This document shows, in pieces, positions 6,813 through 15,364 of a stretch of 32,000 nt of DNA. The translations under genes and the position numbers were made by a program. Numbering within the stretch: position 1 is the stretch's first letter; each line of letters starts with the position of its first letter. Under the pieces are notes generated by a model. That model saw only the letters and a program-made list of their open reading frames with translations. It searched no databases and had not been told where the DNA came from. This DNA comes from an uncultured Clostridia bacterium (GTDB lineage Bacteria > Bacillota > Clostridia > Oscillospirales > Ruminococcaceae), in contig CANQXX010000008.1 of the NCBI GenBank assembly GCA_947627905.1, positions 10,818 to 42,817 of the forward strand, in the 5' to 3' direction.

Positions 6813-9800
6813 ATGCCTTTGATCATATTTGCTATTATATGGCTGATATCGCCTATCGTGCTGCTGATACTCTATTTAGTACAGTTAAGCAGCAATTCCG
6901 ATCTGAAAAAGCAAAATAAAGCGCTGCTTGAAGAAATAAAAAAACTGACGGACTTACATACCGAAAAACCGGCGGACAACATTCAGACTGTCCATGCTGA
7001 AGCCGCTGAAAAACCGGCAGCTTCATATGATACAAATTATGATATGTCCTATGCCATTCCAAAAAATATTCCGGCAGCGGCTCTTTCGGAAACATCAGAA
7101 ACTGCGATTTCTACAGAGGTAAATGCGAAAAACGGCTGCTATCCAGAAGAAACAGCGAGCCGTGTTATTCCCGATATAACGGCAGCAGAAACCGCCGTAC
7201 CTGAAAAAACGGAGAATATTCCGCAAAATTTATATGTACCGGAAAAGAAGAGCATCAGCACTATAAATATAATACTTATACTCGGAGCGCTGCTGCTTTC
7301 TCTTGCAGGATTTATTTTTGCTGCCGCAGCATGGGAAATAATGAACACACTGTTCCGCTCGGTACTGCTGCTGTCCTTTTCGGCGCTGTTCTTCGGGATA
7401 CATTCCGTTGCGGAAAGAAAACTCGGTCTTGTCCAGACAGGACGGATATTCTACATACTTGGAAGTATTTTTCTTCCGGCGGCAGTTGCCGCCGCAGGCG
7501 TTCTTAAAATTTTCGGGGAATATTTTTCCTTTTACGGAGACGGGAAAGCGGCTGTCTTTGCGTTAATGTTCATTACGGTATGCATACCGTTTTTCAAAGG
7601 CGCACACGATTATAAATTCAGAAGTTTTGCCGCGGTGTCCTTTGCAAGCTTTTCGGCTGCGATAGTTTCGCTGATATGGCAGTTTACAAAAGGCGGAGAT
7701 ATTGCCTCTCTGGGAATGTCGGTATTCTCGCTGCTTATAATTCTCACAGAACCGCTTGTAAGCAGGATATTTACTAACATTTTCGGTGAGGAAACTATAT
7801 TTGCCGCCGAATGGAAACGTTTTTCCACGCTGAATGTGTGGGTTTTAAGCGTAATATCGCTTTTTGCAGCGGAGGACGGATATATTTCCCTTGCAGCGTT
7901 CCTGATATTCTCCGTATGTTTCCTGAAAAAATCCGTTTCGGACAAAAACGGCGCGGGCGGGACTATAGCCTTTGCTTTCTTTATGACTGCTGCGCTGTTC
8001 GTGGGATTTGACCCTGACGGAATGTCGGGATTTATGGCAATAATTGCCGCAACGGCGCTTATTTATACCGTTCTGTCGGCAATGGGGATCTTTCCCGAAC
8101 CTATCAGAAAAATAATGAAAGTTCTGGGTATCATTGCCGCAGGAGCAGTCGCGTTCCTTGGCGTTATCGAGAATATTTCCCTTATTGCCGACAATGAACT
8201 GCCGTCACTTACGCTTATCGGTGCGGCTGCGGCAATTTTTGCGCAGCTCCTTATTCTTGCACTCCGCAGCAAAACGAGCGGATACAAAGCAGCGTCATTC
8301 GGAGCGGTGCTGTGGCTTTCGGCGGAAATTTCCCTGTATGTTTTCGGAAAGCTTGAGTTAAGCGGATATGCCTTTTCGGCTGCGGCGGCATATCTTTTCA
8401 TGGCTTTATACTTTGCGGCAGCAAGGTTCACGCCGCTCAAAAAACATCTTTATTCACCGATAAACGATATTATTATCGCAGCGTATGCGTTTATCTGTTC
8501 GTTGATTTCTATAAACGCAGACCTTGGGACATATATGACCGACGGAATTATCGGGCTCGGCATACTTGCTGTCGGAACGCTGCTTGCGGTATTTTCAAAG
8601 CAGGAAAAATTCTCTCGCATAATAACCGTTTCACTTACCGCGCTGACATTTTTCCCGTTCATAGTATTATTTACAGAAACGGAAAAATATCCCGGGATCG
8701 TATGCGCGGCAGCGGTAACGCTTATGCTGATGTGCATTATCGCGGCGGTGACGATGTTCATTCCCAAAGCGGAAAAATACGCAAAAGCATACGGGATCGG
8801 AGTAATTGCCGCAGCTTTGGTATACTGTATTATAATTCTAATTGCGGAAACATACTTATTCGTGCCGCTTATTTTAGTAACGGGCGTTTCGCTTATTTAC
8901 CTTGTGAAAAAGGCGTTTCCGCAGGGAAAATACTCGCGGATATGGCTTTTCTACACATCACTTCTGCTGACTGCACTGTTCATGGGCATACAGTTCACCG
9001 ACGGAATTTACTTTATTTGCTTCCCTGCGGCGCTGCTGCTTCTTATATTTGCGGTGCAGACTATATTTGCCGATGTGGGTGATTTTGAAAAAATTGAACT
9101 GCCATCGGAAATTTTTCTTTGGAACGTTATGCCGGTATTTTCGGGAATAATGCTTTTTATGGCAGAAAGAAATAACAGCGTTATAATGTACATTTTCGCA
9201 GCGATCCTTGGGGTATGCTCGGTGCTGTTAAGCATTTTCCGGAAAAATACGCTTGATCTGATCTTCCCCATATTTGCTCTTGACGTTGTGCTGATGAAAA
9301 GCATTTACAGCGTTCCTGCGGCAGTTTGTACGGTGGTATTTGCAATTTTCGGACGGCTGATGTTCCGCAAAAAGATATTTGAAGAAAAATACTGGATAGA
9401 CGTTTTCTCAATTGGTTCGATATTTACTGCGGCGGTGTTCCTGCTTGGATTTGACGGGAAAGTACAAACATGGATAGGCTGTATTCTTGCTTCAATAGCG
9501 GTGCTGAATTTCGTCCGCCGCGAACAGACGCACTCTGCAAAGAAACTTATAATGACAGTTTCCGCATTGGGGATATTCACCATATGGTGGACGATACCGT
9601 TCTTTGATATACCGGATATTATCGGGCTTGAATTTAACCTTTTCCCTGTGGTGATATTCTGCATACTTCTCAGGATCATACATAAAGACGTGCCGGAAAA
9701 GGTATACAATTTCTCTTTCGGAGCGGCAATAGCTTGCATAGTGATACTGTTCATAGGCGCGCTTGTTTCGGGTGAAAGTTTTGACGCGGTATTTATCGGC

Positions 9801-10058
9801 ATAGTTCTGCTGATAATGCTTGCGGTATCGTTTATAATAAAACGCAAGCGCTGGTTCGTGCTTGCAGTGGCGTCAATGGTGATCTCAGCGGCGCTTCTCA
9901 GTCTGAGGCAGCTTGACAGCATTGCATGGCTCATATATCTTGCTCTTACGGGAGCGGCGCTCATTGCGCTTGGAGTTGTAAACGAAATAAAGAAGCAGCA
10001 GAAGCGCAGCGGCGAGGAAACAAAGCTGACACGGTTCATGTCCGACTGGACTTGGTAA
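6813..10058 (+). CDS. Very large polytopic membrane protein of unknown function (1081 aa), possibly DUF2339/SCO7613-C-terminal-like
   Basis: N-terminal TM helix, then a coiled-coil-like stretch (DLKKQNKALLEEIKKLTDLH), an approximately 100-aa low-complexity linker, and then an almost uninterrupted series of helix-length hydrophobic segments (by eye roughly 25-30). It has its own promoter and terminator. Every antisense or alternate-frame ORF inside it looks spurious. Confidence 0.85.
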   Translation: MPLIIFAIIWLISPIVLLILYLVQLSSNSDLKKQNKALLEEIKKLTDLHTEKPADNIQTVHAEAAEKPAASYDTNYDMSYAIPKNIPAAALSETSETAISTEVNAKNGCYPEETASRVIPDITAAETAVPEKTENIPQNLYVPEKKSISTINIILILGALLLSLAGFIFAAAAWEIMNTLFRSVLLLSFSALFFGIHSVAERKLGLVQTGRIFYILGSIFLPAAVAAAGVLKIFGEYFSFYGDGKAAVFALMFITVCIPFFKGAHDYKFRSFAAVSFASFSAAIVSLIWQFTKGGDIASLGMSVFSLLIILTEPLVSRIFTNIFGEETIFAAEWKRFSTLNVWVLSVISLFAAEDGYISLAAFLIFSVCFLKKSVSDKNGAGGTIAFAFFMTAALFVGFDPDGMSGFMAIIAATALIYTVLSAMGIFPEPIRKIMKVLGIIAAGAVAFLGVIENISLIADNELPSLTLIGAAAAIFAQLLILALRSKTSGYKAASFGAVLWLSAEISLYVFGKLELSGYAFSAAAAYLFMALYFAAARFTPLKKHLYSPINDIIIAAYAFICSLISINADLGTYMTDGIIGLGILAVGTLLAVFSKQEKFSRIITVSLTALTFFPFIVLFTETEKYPGIVCAAAVTLMLMCIIAAVTMFIPKAEKYAKAYGIGVIAAALVYCIIILIAETYLFVPLILVTGVSLIYLVKKAFPQGKYSRIWLFYTSLLLTALFMGIQFTDGIYFICFPAALLLLIFAVQTIFADVGDFEKIELPSEIFLWNVMPVFSGIMLFMAERNNSVIMYIFAAILGVCSVLLSIFRKNTLDLIFPIFALDVVLMKSIYSVPAAVCTVVFAIFGRLMFRKKIFEEKYWIDVFSIGSIFTAAVFLLGFDGKVQTWIGCILASIAVLNFVRREQTHSAKKLIMTVSALGIFTIWWTIPFFDIPDIIGLEFNLFPVVIFCILLRIIHKDVPEKVYNFSFGAAIACIVILFIGALVSGESFDAVFIGIVLLIMLAVSFIIKRKRWFVLAVASMVISAALLSLRQLDSIAWLIYLALTGAALIALGVVNEIKKQQKRSGEETKLTRFMSDWTW

Positions 10059-10067
10059 AACGCAGTA

Positions 10068-10110
10068 AAATGCCGGCTTTCTTATTTATGAAAACCGGCA
10101 TTTTTATTCT
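10068..10110. terminator. Hairpin terminator shared by convergent genes
   Basis: aaatgccgg ... ccggcattt with an extended imperfect inner stem. TTTTT follows on the plus strand and an A-run lies upstream for the minus strand. Confidence 0.6.
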
Positions 10111-10146
10111 GAATTTTTTAATTCCTTTAAAATTGGCCCAAAACGA

Positions 10147-11445
10147 TCACTTTATCGCCTTGAATGCTTCTTCCAGATCGTAAATTATATCATCAATATG
10201 CTCCGTTCCTATGGAAAGACGTATCGTGTTGGGCTTGATACCCTGTTCTTCAAGCTCCTGAACGTTGAGCTGTGAATGCGTGGTCGATGCAGGGTGGATA
10301 ACAAGGCTCTTGACATCGGCTACGTTGGCAAGAAGCGAGAATATCTGCAAATTATCTATAAACTTCTTGGCGTCCTCCTCTGTTCCCTTTATTTCAAATG
10401 TAAATATTGAACCGCCGCCGTTGGGGAAATATTTATCATACAGGCGCTTCTGTTCGCCCTCCGCAAGAGACGGATGATTTACCTTTTCTACCTGAGGATG
10501 ATCTTTAAGATAATTTACTACCTTGATCGCATTTTCAATGTGTCTTTCAACTCTTAACGAAAGCGTTTCAAGACCTTGCAGGAACAAAAACGCATGGAAC
10601 GGTGAAAGCGTTGCTCCTGTATCTCTCAGAAGTATAGCGCGGATCTTTGTTACAAATGCAGCCGCTCCCACAGCCTTTGTAAAGCTGACTCCATGATAGC
10701 TCGGATTAGGTTCAACAAGAGACGGGAATTTTCCGCTGGCTTCCCAGTCGAATTTTCCGCTGTCAACAATAACTCCGCCTATTGCCGTTCCGTGACCGCC
10801 TATAAATTTTGTAGCGGAGTGAACTACTATATCAGCGCCGTATTCGATAGGACGCACCAGATACGGAGTTGCAAAAGTATTGTCTATGACAAGCGGTATT
10901 TTATGCTTATGAGCGATGCCGGCGATCCTTTCAATATCAATTATGTTTGAATTAGGGTTTCCGAGAGTTTCGATGAAAATTGCCTTTGTATTTTCCTGAA
11001 TAGCATTTTCAAAAGAGCCTTCCTCATCGGGATCAACAAAAGTAGTTTTTATTCCGTAAGCAGGAAGCGTATGCTCAAGAAGATTATATGTACCGCCGTA
11101 AATAGTTTTTGAAGCAACGATATGATCCCCTGCCTGAGCAAGATTCTGTATCGTATATGTGATAGCCGCCGCGCCGGAAGCTACTGCAAGAGCAGCAACT
11201 CCGCCCTCAAGAGCGGCGATCCTTTGCTCAAAGATATCCTGTGTGGGATTGGTAAGACGTCCATAGATATTTCCTGCATCTTTAAGGGCAAATCTGTCCG
11301 CAGCGTGCTGTGAATTGTGAAAAACAAACGATGTGGACGCATAGATAGGCACGGCTCTCGCATCTGTGACAGGGTCTGCGTTCTCCTGACCAATATGAAG
11401 CTGTTTGGTCTCAAATTTTAAATTTCTTTCTGAAAAATTACTCAT
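10147..11445 (-). CDS. metY: O-acetylhomoserine aminocarboxypropyltransferase / sulfhydrylase (PLP-dependent, Cys/Met metabolism family)
   Basis: 432 aa. N-terminus ...FETKQLHIGQE..DPVTDARAVPIYASTSFVF and the PLP-lysine motif VVHSATKFIGGHG are typical of this family. GGAGG lies upstream. Confidence 0.9.
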   Translation of the reverse strand: MSNFSERNLKFETKQLHIGQENADPVTDARAVPIYASTSFVFHNSQHAADRFALKDAGNIYGRLTNPTQDIFEQRIAALEGGVAALAVASGAAAITYTIQNLAQAGDHIVASKTIYGGTYNLLEHTLPAYGIKTTFVDPDEEGSFENAIQENTKAIFIETLGNPNSNIIDIERIAGIAHKHKIPLVIDNTFATPYLVRPIEYGADIVVHSATKFIGGHGTAIGGVIVDSGKFDWEASGKFPSLVEPNPSYHGVSFTKAVGAAAFVTKIRAILLRDTGATLSPFHAFLFLQGLETLSLRVERHIENAIKVVNYLKDHPQVEKVNHPSLAEGEQKRLYDKYFPNGGGSIFTFEIKGTEEDAKKFIDNLQIFSLLANVADVKSLVIHPASTTHSQLNVQELEEQGIKPNTIRLSIGTEHIDDIIYDLEEAFKAIK

Positions 11446-11539
11446 TTTACTTTACCTCCGAATTTTATTTTGTTCCGGGTCGAACCGTTCAGCATACTTA
11501 ATCAATAATTCATATGTGTTTAGTAGGCTTTATGTTAAT

Positions 11540-11568
11540 ATGATACACCTAAAAATCTCTGCTGTCAA
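11540..11568 (-). promoter_or_regulatory. Sigma-A promoter for metY
   Basis: Minus strand reads TTGACA (11568-11563), 17 nt, TATCAT (11545-11540). Confidence 0.55.
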
Positions 11569-11675
11569 TAGCAAATTTGATTTTTGTAAAAATCAAACAA
11601 TAACAATGTCAGAATAAGCATATGCATTGTTTAAATTGCAGCAAAAAAATTTTTCTGAACAGCTTTGGATCGCTA

Positions 11676-11704
11676 TTGACAAATCAAGAAAAAAATGTTA
11701 GAAT
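11676..11704 (+). promoter_or_regulatory. Sigma-A promoter of the thiamine operon
   Basis: TTGACA (11676-11681), 17 nt, TAGAAT (11699-11704), directly upstream of the TPP riboswitch. Confidence 0.7.
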
Positions 11705-11713
11705 ATATCTGTG

Positions 11714-11810
11714 CTATACAGGGGAGCTGCTGATTGCGGCTGAGAGGGAACAAAAACAGTTCCGACCCTTTGACCTGATACGGATAATGCCGGCGTAGGG
11801 AATTGTTCTG
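11714..11810 (+). promoter_or_regulatory. TPP (THI-box) riboswitch aptamer, canonical
   Basis: Contains GGGGAGC, a P3 hairpin (agctgc-tgatt-gcggct), CUGAGA (11740-11745), a P3a hairpin (ggaac..gttcc), GACCC, and ACCTGATACGGATAATGCCGGCGTAGGGAA. This matches the conserved core of Rfam RF00059. Confidence 0.9.
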
Positions 11811-11833
11811 ATCTTTATGTGGAATAAACGATC

Positions 11834-11868
11834 TGCCTGCGCCGCTCGGTGCAGGCAAATTTTATTTT
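11834..11868 (+). terminator. Riboswitch-controlled intrinsic terminator (expression platform)
   Basis: Stem tgcctgc / gcaggca followed by aaTTTTATTTT, immediately upstream of the thiT RBS (GGAGG). Confidence 0.8.
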
Positions 11869-11882
11869 GGAGGTAAAATCAT

Positions 11883-12455
11883 ATGAAATTTAAAACCCGT
11901 GAGCTTGTTGAAGGTGCAGTAATGGTCGCTCTTGCGTCTGCATTAAGTCTTGTTAAGATAATTGAAATGCCTTGGGGCGGCTCGGTAACGCTGCTTTCAA
12001 TGCTTCCTATCGTTGTTTACAGCATAAGATACGGAATTAAAAAAGGTCTTTTCGCTTCATTCGTTTACTCACTTTTTCAGCTTGCAACGTCGGGAGTTTT
12101 CGGCTGGGGACTGACGCCTCTCATGCTCATAGGAAGCATACTGCTCGATTATGTTCTTGCATTTACGGTCGTAGGTCTTGCGGGAATATTCCGTAACAAG
12201 GGACTTCCCGGTTACATAGGCGGAACGGTATTTGCAGGCGTATTAAGATTTATCAGTCATTTTCTCAGCGGAGTAGTTATCTGGCATTCATTCGGTGAAC
12301 TCTGGAGCGGATTTGTTACAGACAATGAATGGCTTTACAGCCTCGTTTACAATGGAGTTTATATGCTCCCGGAGATAATATTTACGGTAATAGGCGCGGT
12401 GATACTTTTCTCCGTTCCGCAGCTCAGAAAGCTTTTTGCACCGCAGGGAAATTAA
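11883..12455 (+). CDS. thiT: Thiamine transporter ThiT (ECF transporter S component)
   Basis: 190-aa multi-TM protein whose N-terminus ([31 protein letters not shown]) is typical of the ThiT family. It is the first gene after the TPP riboswitch. Confidence 0.85.
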   Translation: MKFKTRELVEGAVMVALASALSLVKIIEMPWGGSVTLLSMLPIVVYSIRYGIKKGLFASFVYSLFQLATSGVFGWGLTPLMLIGSILLDYVLAFTVVGLAGIFRNKGLPGYIGGTVFAGVLRFISHFLSGVVIWHSFGELWSGFVTDNEWLYSLVYNGVYMLPEIIFTVIGAVILFSVPQLRKLFAPQGN

Positions 12456-12475
12456 AGAATTATCGGAGGGGTTTT

Positions 12476-13789
12476 ATGAAAAATTACAGCACTCAGATGG
12501 AAGCCGCTAAAAAAGGCATAATCACACCCGAAATGCAGACCGTCTCGGAAAAGGAATACGTTCCCGCAGAAAAAATACGGGAACTGGCCGCACTTGGACA
12601 GATAGCTATTCCTGCAAACGTTAATCACAAGTCGCTTTCCGCAGAGGGAATAGGCAAAGGACTTAAAACAAAGATAAACGTCAATCTCGGTATCTCCGGC
12701 GACTGCAAAAATTACGACGTCGAAATGGAAAAGGTAAAACTTTCACTTAAATTCGGCGCGGAAGCTATAATGGATCTGTCAAATTACGGTAAAACAAATA
12801 CTTTCCGCAGGAAGCTGATAGAAATGTCTCCTGCAATGATAGGGACCGTTCCCATGTACGACGCTATAGGCTACCTTGAAAAAGATCTGCTTGAAATCAC
12901 CGCGGAGGATTTCCTGAAAGTTGTCCGCGCTCATGCGGAAGAAGGCGTGGATTTCATGACTATCCATGCGGGGATAAACCGCCGTGCAGTCGAAGCGTTC
13001 AAGCGTGACAAACGGAAAATGAACATCGTTTCAAGAGGCGGCTCGCTGCTGTTCGCATGGATGGAAATGACCGGCAATGAAAACCCGTTCTATGAACATT
13101 ATGATGAAGTCCTTGACATTCTCCGCGAATATGACGTTACCATAAGTCTCGGCGACGCGCTCCGTCCCGGCTGTATCGACGACAGTTCCGACGGCGGACA
13201 GATAGCCGAACTTATCGAGCTTGGCGCGCTTACCGAACGCGCTTGGGCAAAGGACGTACAGGTCATGGTGGAAGGTCCGGGACACATGGCTATGAACGAA
13301 ATAGAGGCAAATATGAAATTGCAGAAACGTATCTGTCATGAAGCGCCGTTTTACGTTCTCGGACCTCTGGTAACTGATATTTTCCCCGGATACGATCACA
13401 TAACTTCCGCGATAGGAGGAGCGATCGCGGCAGCAAGCGGAGCGGATTTCCTGTGCTATGTCACACCTGCGGAGCATCTCCGTCTGCCTGATATAGACGA
13501 TGTAAGGGAAGGCATAATCGCTTCAAAAATAGCCGCCCACGCTGCCGACATTGCAAAGGGCGTTCCTCATGCAAGAGACCGTGATAATGAAATGGCTGAA
13601 GCGCGCCACAAGGTAGACTGGGACGAAATGTTCAGAATAGCCGTAGATCCGGACAAAGCAAAGGCTTATTTTGAAAGCACTCCCCCGTCCGACAGGCATA
13701 CCTGTTCGATGTGCGGAAAAATGTGTGCGGTCCGGACCACAAACATGATACTTGAAGGCAAAAAGGTAGAATTTTGCACGGAAAAATGA
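12476..13789 (+). CDS. thiC: Phosphomethylpyrimidine synthase ThiC (radical SAM)
   Basis: ATG at 12476 follows GGAGGG. It starts [20 protein letters not shown], contains VMVEGPGH and the C-terminal CSMCGKMCA cluster motif. The upstream 49 codons of the supplied ORF overlap thiT and are rejected. Confidence 0.95.
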   Translation: MKNYSTQMEAAKKGIITPEMQTVSEKEYVPAEKIRELAALGQIAIPANVNHKSLSAEGIGKGLKTKINVNLGISGDCKNYDVEMEKVKLSLKFGAEAIMDLSNYGKTNTFRRKLIEMSPAMIGTVPMYDAIGYLEKDLLEITAEDFLKVVRAHAEEGVDFMTIHAGINRRAVEAFKRDKRKMNIVSRGGSLLFAWMEMTGNENPFYEHYDEVLDILREYDVTISLGDALRPGCIDDSSDGGQIAELIELGALTERAWAKDVQVMVEGPGHMAMNEIEANMKLQKRICHEAPFYVLGPLVTDIFPGYDHITSAIGGAIAAASGADFLCYVTPAEHLRLPDIDDVREGIIASKIAAHAADIAKGVPHARDRDNEMAEARHKVDWDEMFRIAVDPDKAKAYFESTPPSDRHTCSMCGKMCAVRTTNMILEGKKVEFCTEK

Positions 13790-13852
13790 TATTTCAGCAT
13801 TGCTGCTTTGAAATATACGCCGGCGGAGGAGCGTCCGAGGGCGTAATAAATT

Positions 13853-13964
13853 CTGCGAGGGAACCCGTGTTTCGGGGTGAGAGGAGACTTTCAAGTCTCG
13901 ACCGATCTGTCCCAATGGACGGAGTCTGCCCCGCAGTACTCTCCTTTCGGGACAGGAAGGAGGA
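13853..13964 (+). promoter_or_regulatory. Atypical TPP-riboswitch-like leader RNA with an SD-sequestering expression platform, upstream of thiW
   Basis: P1 CUGCG (13853-57) / CGCAG (13932-36). P3 CCCG-UGUUU-CGGG. GUGAGA (13877-82). P3a GAGAC-UUUCAA-GUCUC. GACC. A GAUC-CUGUCC-CAAU-GGACGG arm. Anti-SD CUCCUUUC (13941-48) pairs with SD GGAAGGAG (13955-62). GAGAGGAGA (13879-87) is complementary to UCUCCUUUC (13940-48). The canonical ACCUGAUCUGGAUAAUGCCAGCGUAGGGA block is absent. Confidence 0.5.
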
Positions 13965-13971
13965 TATTACA

Positions 13972-14520
13972 ATGAACAAAAACAGCAAAACAAACATCAG
14001 AAAACTTGCAGCAGCTGCACTTCTAACCGCAGTTGCCGTTGTGGGATCGCTTTTTTCGTTCCCGTTCCTTGGCGCGAAATGCAGTCCGGTACAGCATCTG
14101 GTGAACATAATCGGAGGCGTTTACTTAGGACCGTGGTACGCTATGGGTTCAGCATTCTGTGCAAGTCTTATACGTCTGCTGCTTGGGCTCGGTTCGCCGC
14201 TTGCTTTCCCCGGCTCAATGGTGGGAGCGCTTCTTTCCGGAGCAATGTATCACATGATCCTCAAGCACAAAGGACAATGGATACGCCTTATCGGAGCTTA
14301 TATCGGAGAGCTTTTCGGAACATCGGTGATAGGCGGTATGCTTTCATTCCCTATTGCATATTTTGTTATGGAAAATACTGCCGCAACACTTTTCGGCTTT
14401 GTATTCCCGTTCTTTGTTTCCAGTGTTGTAGGAACGGTGGCGGCGTCTATAATAGTTTCTTCAATGAAAAAAGCAAGACTGCTCGAGATCTTTGACGACG
14501 AAGAAAAAGCAAAAAACTGA
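13972..14520 (+). CDS. thiW: ThiW, ECF-type S component for the thiazole precursor (hydroxyethylthiazole)
   Basis: ATG at 13972 lies 8 nt after GGAAGGAGG. The 182-aa multi-TM protein (..FPFLGAKCSPVQHLVNIIGGVYLGPWYA..GSPLAFPGSMVGALLSG..) sits immediately upstream of thiM, which is the usual ThiW context. Confidence 0.8.
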   Translation: MNKNSKTNIRKLAAAALLTAVAVVGSLFSFPFLGAKCSPVQHLVNIIGGVYLGPWYAMGSAFCASLIRLLLGLGSPLAFPGSMVGALLSGAMYHMILKHKGQWIRLIGAYIGELFGTSVIGGMLSFPIAYFVMENTAATLFGFVFPFFVSSVVGTVAASIIVSSMKKARLLEIFDDEEKAKN

Positions 14521-14542
14521 CAAACAAAATGGAGAAATTTTT

Positions 14543-15364
14543 ATGATAACTCCCGAAAAAATATATTCACTCAGACAGGAAATCGCATTGCGCCGTCCGC
14601 TGGTAAACTGCATTGCAAATCACGTTACAGCCGGATACTGCGCAAATGCCGTTCTTGCTGTCGGGGCAAGACCTATAATGGCTGAATTTGAAAAAGAATC
14701 CGTCGGGATAGTATCCGCCGCAAAGGCTCTCTCGGTCAATCTCGGAGGCATAAACGACAGCAAAGCCGCTGCAATATCCGTTTCGGCAAAAACTGCTCAT
14801 GATCTCTCCGTTCCGTGGATAATCGACCTTGTCGGGATCGGGTGCAGCAGCTTCAGACTGGAGCTTGCAAATGAACTGATACAAAAATATTCTCCCGATG
14901 TCATCAAAGGTAACCGGTCGGAAATATTTGCTCTCTGCGGGATCGCGTCTCATGCTGAAGGAGTTGATTCCTCCGACGGCACGGATATTTCCGTTTGCAC
15001 AAAAATGGCTGAAAAAGCTGCTTCGGCATATTCGGCAGTCGTAATGATGACAGGCGAAACGGATATTATAACGGACGGGAACAAAACGGTTTATGTAAAA
15101 AACGGTGATTCGCTCATGACATATGTTACCGGAACGGGCTGCGTTCTCGGAGCGCTGACCGGGTGCTTCCTTACTGCCGCAAATGCTTTTGACAGCGCAG
15201 TATCTGCGACGGTCACTATGGGGATTGCCGGAGAACAGGCAGCTGAGATATTCAGGAAAGACAAAAGCATAAGCCGGTTTGCAGGTTCGATAATAGACGG
15301 ATTATTTTCCGCAGATATAGATATTTACATCAATAAGGCGAGGTATTATGAAAATGAAGCCTGA
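14543..15364 (+). CDS. thiM: Hydroxyethylthiazole kinase ThiM
   Basis: ATG at 14543 follows GGAG. N-terminus ..LRRPLVNCIANHVTAGYCANAVLAVGARPIMA and VTGTGCVLGALTG are typical of ThiM. Confidence 0.9.
   Translation: MITPEKIYSLRQEIALRRPLVNCIANHVTAGYCANAVLAVGARPIMAEFEKESVGIVSAAKALSVNLGGINDSKAAAISVSAKTAHDLSVPWIIDLVGIGCSSFRLELANELIQKYSPDVIKGNRSEIFALCGIASHAEGVDSSDGTDISVCTKMAEKAASAYSAVVMMTGETDIITDGNKTVYVKNGDSLMTYVTGTGCVLGALTGCFLTAANAFDSAVSATVTMGIAGEQAAEIFRKDKSISRFAGSIIDGLFSADIDIYINKARYYENEA

Noticed and set aside
7139-10039. Numerous alternate-frame and antisense ORFs (up to 244 aa) within the 1081-aa membrane protein gene
   Set aside because: All are embedded in one long, consistently hydrophobic-helix-encoding frame. 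They lack SD sequences and give Ser/Arg/Ala-rich noise.
11446-11539. Expected an S-box/SAM riboswitch or T-box in the metY leader
   Set aside because: The leader is only about 85 nt and contains none of the conserved SAM-I or T-box elements. It has only a 4-bp hairpin.
12329-12475. N-terminal 49-codon extension of the thiC ORF
   Set aside because: It overlaps the 3' end of thiT in another frame. The ATG at 12476 has a GGAGGG SD and gives the canonical ThiC N-terminus.
13877-13936. Considered calling the thiC-thiW element a plain canonical TPP riboswitch, or alternatively an HMP-PP (thiS-motif) riboswitch
   Set aside because: It lacks the canonical ACCUGAUCUGGAUAAUGCCAGCGUAGGGA block, so I do not label it a standard TPP aptamer. 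It also lacks the terminator-embedded hairpin and U-tract I associate with the HMP-PP class, and its platform logic looks like OFF rather than ON. It is therefore reported as an atypical TPP-like element pending a covariance-model search.
13774-13971. Upstream 66-codon extension of the thiW ORF (supplied ORF starts at 13774), and the overlapping minus-strand ORFs 13523-13915 and 13794-14108
   Set aside because: The extension overlaps the thiC stop and runs through the structured leader RNA. Its translation is Gly/Arg/Ser-rich and not protein-like. The ATG at 13972 has a strong SD and yields a typical ThiW.
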